Source: Acidimicrobiales bacterium
GTDB taxonomy: Bacteria > Actinomycetota > Acidimicrobiia > Acidimicrobiales > RAAP-2
Length of the DNA stretch: 62,060 bases
Direction: 5' to 3'
NCBI GenBank assembly: GCA_049511155.1
Contig: JBEKYI010000001.1
Location: forward strand, 1-62,060
Part shown: piece after piece, positions 56,070-62,060 of the stretch
Position numbering within the stretch: position 1 is the first letter of the stretch
Layout of the letters: every line of letters starts with the position of its first letter
Program-made: the position numbers and the translations under genes
The notes under the pieces: generated by a model
Told to the model about the DNA's origin: nothing
The model's input: only the letters and a program-made list of their open reading frames with translations
Databases searched by the model: none

Positions 56070-58229
56070 TCAGGGGGTAGTGGACGTCGTGGTCGTCGAT
56101 TGACCGGGTGTTGTCGTGGTCGTCGTGGCGGACGTGTGCTTGGTGGGAGTGGTGAGCTGTGGGTTAAGTCGAACCGGTGGGATCGTGTGAGACACCAGGT
56201 AATTGAACGTCTTGGCGACCACGGGGGCGGACGCGTCGGCACCATACCCGCCTTCGCCAATCACGCACAGCACCACGTACTGCGGGTGGCCGACCGGTCC
56301 GAAGCCCACGAACCACGAGTTGGGCTCTTCGTTCAGTCCGTTGCTGGCCGTACCGGTCTTGCCCGCGATCTCATAGGACGACAGGTTGAAGTTGGCGTAC
56401 TGGTGAAAGGGCGGGTACGCCGTACCGGACGGATCGTTCACCACGCCCTCGAGCCCCTGGAGAATGGGGTCACGCACGCTGGCGGGCAGATTCACGTGAC
56501 CGAGCACGCGGGGCGTGTAGCGAACGACCACCTGGCCGTGGGGGTTCACGACGGCCGCGGCCACTTCGGGCGCGTAACGGGTGCCGCCGTTGGCGAAGGT
56601 CGCGTACGCGTCTGCGAGACCGATCGGGGTGAGGGCGGTGAGGCCCTGACCGAAGGCCATCTCGATGTTGTCACCGGCGTACCACGTCTCGCGCGGGAAC
56701 GCCGCCGGTGCTTCATCGTGCAACTCTTGACGGACCTGAGGTGAGTCGACGCGACTGGACACCTCGTCGGGCAGATCGATGTTGGTCAGGCTATTGAGGC
56801 CGTAGTCACTGGCGACGTTCTGGATGGGGGTCTGACCGTATCGCGCCGACTGGGACCAGAACAGATATCCCATGTTGTAGAAGTAGTAGTCCGAGGAGAC
56901 CGTGAGCGCCATCGGCAGGTCGATCTCACCGGCCGCGGAGTTGTCGTCATCGTGAAACGAGCACAGGCTGCCGGCCACCGACTTACAGTTGGGCACCTTG
57001 AAGACGCCGGTGTCGTCGACGTACTTGTACGCCGGAAAGATGCCCGTCTGCAGCTCGGCGGTGGCGGTAACGAGTTTGAACGTGCTGCCCGGGGTGTAGA
57101 GACCCTGAATGGCGAAGTTGTTGAAGGCACCTTCTTTGATGAGCGTTGAGTACTCGGCGTCGGTGAGTCCCTTGACGAAGGAGTCCAGGTCGTACGAGGG
57201 GTAGCTCGCCATGGCCAGCACCTCGCCGTTTTGGGCGTTCAGCACGACAGCCGCACCGTTGATCGCCTCGGGCACCTTGTGCGAGACCGGGTCGATGGAG
57301 TGTCGGTCGGCCAGGATTTCATCTTGGAGGTTGTTCTCGAGGTCCTTCTGCAGCCCCGAGTCGATGTTGAGGACCACCGAGTCACCGACGGTGGGTGCGG
57401 TGCTCTTGAGAGTTGCGAGCACGTTGCCGGTCGGGCTTACCTCCAGGGTGCTCGTTCCCTGCTTGCCCCGCAGGTACTGCTCGTAGTACGCCTCAATGCC
57501 GGTCTTGCCGATGGTGGAGTCCGGTTGGTAGCCAGCCTGGGGATCCGCGTTGATCTCCTTTTGCGTAATGGGCCCGACGTACCCCAGGACCTGGGCTGCG
57601 ACGTTGCCCCCTTCGGGGTAGTCGCGCTGGGAGACGTTGAGCACGGTGACCCCGGGAAACTCCCGGGGGTGCAACTTGACGAACTGCACCTCACTCGGCG
57701 GGGCGTTGGCCATGATCGGGGCCGGTTCGTAGGGGCTGTACTGCTGATTGAGCAGGTCGGCATCAATTTGCTTGACGCTGATGCCCGTGAGCGAGGAGAG
57801 CGAGCCCTTCACGCTCGGATAGAGGGCGGCGAGTTCTCGCGACAGACGAATTTCGGTCGTCGTCGTGTTTGTCACGAGTGCGCTTCCCTCGCGGTCGAGG
57901 ATCTCGCCGCGAGTCGCGGGAACCGTGATGGTCTCTTCGGAGTTCGAGGTGACGTTGTGATACGAGGTCTTGTAGTCCACCACCTGCAAGAAGAACAGAC
58001 GCACGACGAGCGCGGCGAAGAGGATGAGAAAGAAGCCACCGATCACGAACCAGCGCCTGGCTGGTCGAACCTCGACGTTGCCGGGCGGGGCGATGAGGTC
58101 GCGAATCCCCACCGTCTTGGGTTCGTTGATATTGAGTCCCCGACCACGGAACGGGTGCAGTGACACCCACGGTCGCCACAGCCGAGACCACCACGAGCCG
58201 GTCGGTCGATTGCGCCACGAGCTACTCAT
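56070..58229 (-). CDS. mrdA: Penicillin-binding protein 2 (class B)
   Basis: TM segment, ATRGEILDR, GKTGIE, PGSTFK (SxxK), SSD, GKTGT; follows mreD. Confidence 0.93.
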   Translation of the reverse strand: MSSSWRNRPTGSWWSRLWRPWVSLHPFRGRGLNINEPKTVGIRDLIAPPGNVEVRPARRWFVIGGFFLILFAALVVRLFFLQVVDYKTSYHNVTSNSEETITVPATRGEILDREGSALVTNTTTTEIRLSRELAALYPSVKGSLSSLTGISVKQIDADLLNQQYSPYEPAPIMANAPPSEVQFVKLHPREFPGVTVLNVSQRDYPEGGNVAAQVLGYVGPITQKEINADPQAGYQPDSTIGKTGIEAYYEQYLRGKQGTSTLEVSPTGNVLATLKSTAPTVGDSVVLNIDSGLQKDLENNLQDEILADRHSIDPVSHKVPEAINGAAVVLNAQNGEVLAMASYPSYDLDSFVKGLTDAEYSTLIKEGAFNNFAIQGLYTPGSTFKLVTATAELQTGIFPAYKYVDDTGVFKVPNCKSVAGSLCSFHDDDNSAAGEIDLPMALTVSSDYYFYNMGYLFWSQSARYGQTPIQNVASDYGLNSLTNIDLPDEVSSRVDSPQVRQELHDEAPAAFPRETWYAGDNIEMAFGQGLTALTPIGLADAYATFANGGTRYAPEVAAAVVNPHGQVVVRYTPRVLGHVNLPASVRDPILQGLEGVVNDPSGTAYPPFHQYANFNLSSYEIAGKTGTASNGLNEEPNSWFVGFGPVGHPQYVVLCVIGEGGYGADASAPVVAKTFNYLVSHTIPPVRLNPQLTTPTKHTSATTTTTTPGQSTTTTSTTP

Positions 58230-58735
58230 CGACGCGTCCCACCGAAGTTTCCGGCCCAGCGGGCCAGACGCGTCATGGGACGAGCCAGGATGAAGAACGC
58301 CACGGCGTTCACCACCATGGAGGCGAAGAGACTGTCGCGCCAGAACGAGAAATTCAAGGTGAAGAAGCTGGCACCCACAAAGAGCGCGGGCGCGATGAAG
58401 CCGGCTGCGGCCGCGATCAGTGGCGTCACCCACCACGCGGCCGAGTCCAGGTCACCGACGCCTTCCTTGCCCAAACGCGATGCGCCGTAGGCGAGGATGA
58501 GGGCCACCACCACGGTCAGTCCGAAGGGAGTGACCGCGTGAGTATCGAAGAACACGCCCGCGACGACCGCGCACCACAGCGCCAACGTGGTGAGTCCCGC
58601 CAGGCCCATCGCGAGGGGCCAGAGCCACACCAGCATTACCACGACGCCCGCGATGCGCAGGTTCGAAAAGATTGACAACTGAATCGCGACCACCACGAGC
58701 GTGACGATCGTCACGGGCAGCAGAACTCGTCTCAC
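58226..58735 (-). CDS. mreD: Rod shape-determining protein MreD
   Basis: Hydrophobic 169-aa protein with GVFFD..TPFG, between mreC and mrdA. Confidence 0.8.
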   Translation of the reverse strand: MRRVLLPVTIVTLVVVAIQLSIFSNLRIAGVVVMLVWLWPLAMGLAGLTTLALWCAVVAGVFFDTHAVTPFGLTVVVALILAYGASRLGKEGVGDLDSAAWWVTPLIAAAAGFIAPALFVGASFFTLNFSFWRDSLFASMVVNAVAFFILARPMTRLARWAGNFGGTRR

Positions 58736-59550
58736 GCGGCGGGCTCCCAGAGTACGACGTCGAGATACGACAGGTGACGCAGGTCTGCGGCGGGCTGGAG
58801 CGACAGGTTGTACGTGGAGGCTCCCGGGGTCAGAGTGACCGCTTTGACGCTCGCCACCGGCAATCCCACCGGAAACAGTCCGCCGTCAAGTCCGTCGGTA
58901 AAGAGTTTGGTGCCTTGTTGCACACCCGAGTTCGTGGGCACCGACGTTGCGCCGAGACCGTTGTTCACGCCCCGGCCCGACACGACGAGATCACTTGTAC
59001 TATGACCGAACGTCACACCGATCAGCGAGTGCGTGTCACTGATGAGTTGCACTGTTGCTCCGTTCGACGTAGTGGAGATCACGCGCCCGACCAGTCCCCC
59101 GTTGGCGACGACCGGCATGCCTACCAGGATGCCGCTCGAGCGTCCCTTGGAGATACCCACGGTGGCCGAGAAGTTCGTGGGTGAGTCCGTCGTCACCTGG
59201 ACCGCGACTGTCGGCAGTGAACCCACGAAGGGCACGTCGAGTTGGGTCGAGATCTGTTGGAGCTGGCGCGAGTACGACCACTCCTCATTGAGACGCTCGT
59301 CGGCCTCAGCGAGCTGGCGGCGCAACTTCTGATTTTGAGCGACCACGTCGCTGTAGTCGATCGCGCCCGCAAAGAGGTGACCGAGGGGGTGAGCGATGGT
59401 ATTGACCGCCCAGCTAAAGGGCGTCAGAACAATGTTGGCTCCGCTACGCAGACCCGAGGAGACGCCCGTCGTGAGATACAGGATCAACAGAGTGAAGGCG
59501 ATGGCGATACTGAAGGTCCACGTGCGTCGCCGCGAACGATCGGTGGCCAC
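58732..59550 (-). CDS. mreC: Rod shape-determining protein MreC
   Basis: TM segment, coiled coil (QNQKLRRQL), ISKG..GI..GMPVV..GLVGRV, TDGLDG.FPVGLPV. Confidence 0.92.
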   Translation of the reverse strand: MATDRSRRRTWTFSIAIAFTLLILYLTTGVSSGLRSGANIVLTPFSWAVNTIAHPLGHLFAGAIDYSDVVAQNQKLRRQLAEADERLNEEWSYSRQLQQISTQLDVPFVGSLPTVAVQVTTDSPTNFSATVGISKGRSSGILVGMPVVANGGLVGRVISTTSNGATVQLISDTHSLIGVTFGHSTSDLVVSGRGVNNGLGATSVPTNSGVQQGTKLFTDGLDGGLFPVGLPVASVKAVTLTPGASTYNLSLQPAADLRHLSYLDVVLWEPAA

Positions 59551-59554
59551 GTAG

Positions 59555-60586
59555 TTAGCGCGAAGGACTGGTCTTCAACATGCGCGCGAAGACGTCGATC
59601 TCTTCGAGACACATGCCACTACCGAGCGCCACGCAGTTCAAGGGGTCATCGGCCACAATGATCGGCATATTGGTCTCGTACTCCAAACGGGCAGCCATGC
59701 CCGCCAACAACGCCCCACCACCGGTCAGGACAATACCCTGCTCCATCAGGTCAGATGAGAGTTCGGGCGGGGTGCGGTCCAGCGTCACTTTGACGGCGTC
59801 GACGATGGCCTGCACCGGTTCAGAGATGGCTTCGCGAATCTGCTCGGTCGAGATCACCACGGTCTTGGGCAGGCCGGTCACCAGGTCGCGACCACGAATC
59901 TCGGCGCGCAGTTCCTCTTGCAGCGGGAAGGCCGAGCCGAGTTGAATCTTGATCTCTTCGGCGGTGCGCTCACCCAGGGCGAGCTGGAACTCTTTCTTCA
60001 CGTACGCCACGAGCGCTTCGTCAAGTTCGTCGCCACCCACGCGAATCGACTGGCTGGTCACGATGCCGCCCAGGGAGATCACCGCGACTTCCGACGTGCC
60101 GCCGCCGATGTCGACCACCATGTTTCCGGTCGGTTCGTGAATCGGTAGTCCCGCGCCGATGCCCGCGGCCATCGGCTCTTCGATGATGTACGCCTTGCGC
60201 GCGCCAGCAAACTCTGCGGCTTCCATCACGGCGCGCTGCTCGACGCCGGTGATGCCCGACGGCACGCAGATCACCATGCGCGGTTTGGCGAAGCGGCGCT
60301 GGTGAACGCGGTGGATGAAGTAGCGAAGCATCTTTTCGCAGATCTCAAAGTCGGCGATGACCCCGTCCTTGAGGGGGCGAATCGCCTGGATATTGCTCGG
60401 GGTGCGCCCGATCATCCGCTTGGCCTCGGCGCCCACAGCCAGCGGCTTGCCGTCCTTGATGTCGATGGCGACCACGGAGGGCTCGTTGAGTACGATGCCG
60501 CGCCCACGCACGTACACCAAGGTGTTGGCGGTGCCCAGGTCGACCGCCATATCACGACCTAATAGTGAGAACCGACCATCAACCAT
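59555..60586 (-). CDS. mreB: Rod shape-determining protein MreB
   Basis: DLGTANT, EPSVVA, RPLKDGVIADF, DIGGGT, LTGGGALL. Confidence 0.97.
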   Translation of the reverse strand: MVDGRFSLLGRDMAVDLGTANTLVYVRGRGIVLNEPSVVAIDIKDGKPLAVGAEAKRMIGRTPSNIQAIRPLKDGVIADFEICEKMLRYFIHRVHQRRFAKPRMVICVPSGITGVEQRAVMEAAEFAGARKAYIIEEPMAAGIGAGLPIHEPTGNMVVDIGGGTSEVAVISLGGIVTSQSIRVGGDELDEALVAYVKKEFQLALGERTAEEIKIQLGSAFPLQEELRAEIRGRDLVTGLPKTVVISTEQIREAISEPVQAIVDAVKVTLDRTPPELSSDLMEQGIVLTGGGALLAGMAARLEYETNMPIIVADDPLNCVALGSGMCLEEIDVFARMLKTSPSR

Positions 60587-60665
60587 AGATTTCCTTTAGG
60601 ACGCGACCCTGTTGGTATCCCTACAAGGCTAGGACATCTGGCGCATTGTCGACCAGCGAGGCGCT

Positions 60666-61076
60666 TTATTTCAGGTCAGGGAAGAAAATCGCGATCTCCC
60701 GTTGCGCGGATTCAACCGAATCTGACCCGTGAACAAGGTTTTCTGTCGTGTGCGTCGCGAGGTCGCCGCGAATGGTGCCCGGCGCCGCGTCGACTGGATT
60801 AGTCGCACCCATCATCGTGCGAACGATCTGCCAGGTGTCCTCGGGACCCTCGACCACCGCCACCAGTGACGGGCCACGGGTAATGAAGGCCACGAGCGGC
60901 TCGAAAAACGCCTTGCCCTCGTGCTCGGCGTAGTGGTGCCGGGCCGTCTCGACGTCGATGGTGCGCAGTTCGGCGGCCACGAGTCGCAACTCTCGGTCTT
61001 CCAGACGCGCCACGATCTCTCCGATCAGTCCGCGTTCGACGGCGTCAGGCTTCACGATGACGAGGGTTCTCTTCAC
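60666..61076 (-). CDS. ndk: Nucleoside diphosphate kinase
   Basis: [36 protein letters not shown]. Start at GTG 61076. Confidence 0.96.
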   Translation of the reverse strand: MKRTLVIVKPDAVERGLIGEIVARLEDRELRLVAAELRTIDVETARHHYAEHEGKAFFEPLVAFITRGPSLVAVVEGPEDTWQIVRTMMGATNPVDAAPGTIRGDLATHTTENLVHGSDSVESAQREIAIFFPDLK

Positions 61077-61095
61077 GCCGGGCAATCTAGCAGCG

Positions 61096-62060
61096 TCAGG
61101 CCAGATGACGAGACGGGATGCGCAACACTTCACCGCGCACTTCGGCCACGAGATACAGACTGCCGGTGACCACGATGAGGTCGTCGTCGTTGGATCGCTC
61201 ACGCGCGTGGGCGAGTGCCGCGCGCGAGTTGGGATGCTCGTAGGCGATCGCTCCGTGCCGCTGGAGTACGCGCACCAGCTCGCTGGCGGGAACCGCGCGC
61301 GGAGAGTTTGGCGCACAGCAGTAGAACTCGCTGAAGCTCGCACCGATGAGTGGGGTCACCATGTCATCGAGGTCCCGGCCGGTGAGCATGCCGAGCACGC
61401 AGCGGCGCTGCCCGGACACATCGAACGCCCCGTCGAGTGTGGCGACCAAGGCGCGCACGCCCGCAGGGTTGTGGGCTCCGTCCACAACGATGAGTGGATT
61501 GCGCGCGATGATCTCCATTCGCCCGGGCATTCGCGCACTCGACAAGGTCGACGTGACCACGTCCTCGCCGAGCGCTCGACCAAGAAACGCTTCGGCCGCG
61601 ACGATCGCCGTGGCCGCGTTTACTCCCTGATGAATCCCGTGAAGTGAGACGAACGCTTCCTCGTAGTCGGCGTAGGGAGTTCGCATGGAGATCGCCCGAC
61701 CGCCGATGGCCAGTTCGTTCTCGCGCAGCTCGAACTCCTGCCCGATGCGCCACAGCGTCGCGTCGAGGTCGCTCGTCTTCTCCTCGGCGATTTCCACGAC
61801 GATCGCGTTGGTGGTGGCAACGATATTGATTGCGTCGTGACGAAAGATGCCGACTTTGTCGGTCGCGATGGCGCTCACCGTCGGACCGAGCACCGCCGTG
61901 TGGTCAAGGTCCACGTTGGTGAGAACCGCGACGTCGGAGTCGATGACGTTGGTCGAGTCCCACGTGCCCCCGAGTCCTACTTCGATGACGCCAACGTCCA
62001 CGCCCTCGTCGGAGAAGTGCAGGAAGGCAGCGACCGTCAACAGCTCGAAGCGCGTGAGGG
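61096..62060 (-). CDS. folC: Folylpolyglutamate/dihydrofolate synthase (3' part; runs off window)
   Basis: [41 protein letters not shown]. Confidence 0.93.
   Translation of the reverse strand, partial: LTRFELLTVAAFLHFSDEGVDVGVIEVGLGGTWDSTNVIDSDVAVLTNVDLDHTAVLGPTVSAIATDKVGIFRHDAINIVATTNAIVVEIAEEKTSDLDATLWRIGQEFELRENELAIGGRAISMRTPYADYEEAFVSLHGIHQGVNAATAIVAAEAFLGRALGEDVVTSTLSSARMPGRMEIIARNPLIVVDGAHNPAGVRALVATLDGAFDVSGQRRCVLGMLTGRDLDDMVTPLIGASFSEFYCCAPNSPRAVPASELVRVLQRHGAIAYEHPNSRAALAHARERSNDDDLIVVTGSLYLVAEVRGEVLRIPSRHLA

Noticed and set aside
56070-56160. Thr-rich C-terminal tail of PBP2 as a repeat or glycosylation system
   Set aside because: Low-complexity Thr/Pro tails are common on actinobacterial exported proteins; any link to the YfhO-like gene is unsupported.

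Overview
High-GC bacterial chromosomal window of core housekeeping genes. Gene content and synteny fit an actinobacterium of the Acidimicrobiia type (mreBCD-mrdA present, class II DAHP synthase, rnj, Rne/Rng, archaeal/eukaryotic-type ProRS); the taxonomy is inference. Most genes lie on the minus strand, in transcription order: folC-ndk-mreBCD-mrdA-rne-rplU-rpmA, obgE-proB-proA-MoxR-VWA-phosphatase, nadD-small ORF-rsfS, xerC, rpsB-tsf-pyrH-frr-cdsA-dxr-rseP-ispG-proS, rimP-nusA-ylxR-infB-rbfA-truB-ribF-rpsO-pnp, a YfhO-like gene-dapB-dapA-rnj, ftsK-dacA-thrB-EamA, and miaB-miaA-dapF-hflX-dapC-dapD-dapE. Plus-strand genes are FUSC + SIP, an OmpR/HK/GerMN trio, a class II DAHP synthase and HU. 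I found no tRNA, rRNA, CRISPR, prophage or IS element, and no clear-cut novel multi-gene system. The most notable oddities are: miaA with an internal ~50-codon deletion plus frameshift next to an intact miaB; ylxR that can only start at a non-canonical ATA codon overlapping the nusA stop, just upstream of infB; DapF with Ser at the first catalytic Cys; no rodA after mrdA; an unlisted 58-aa membrane protein; pervasive leaderless promoters; and several structured leaders (rimP, rpsB, rpsO, pnp, rne).
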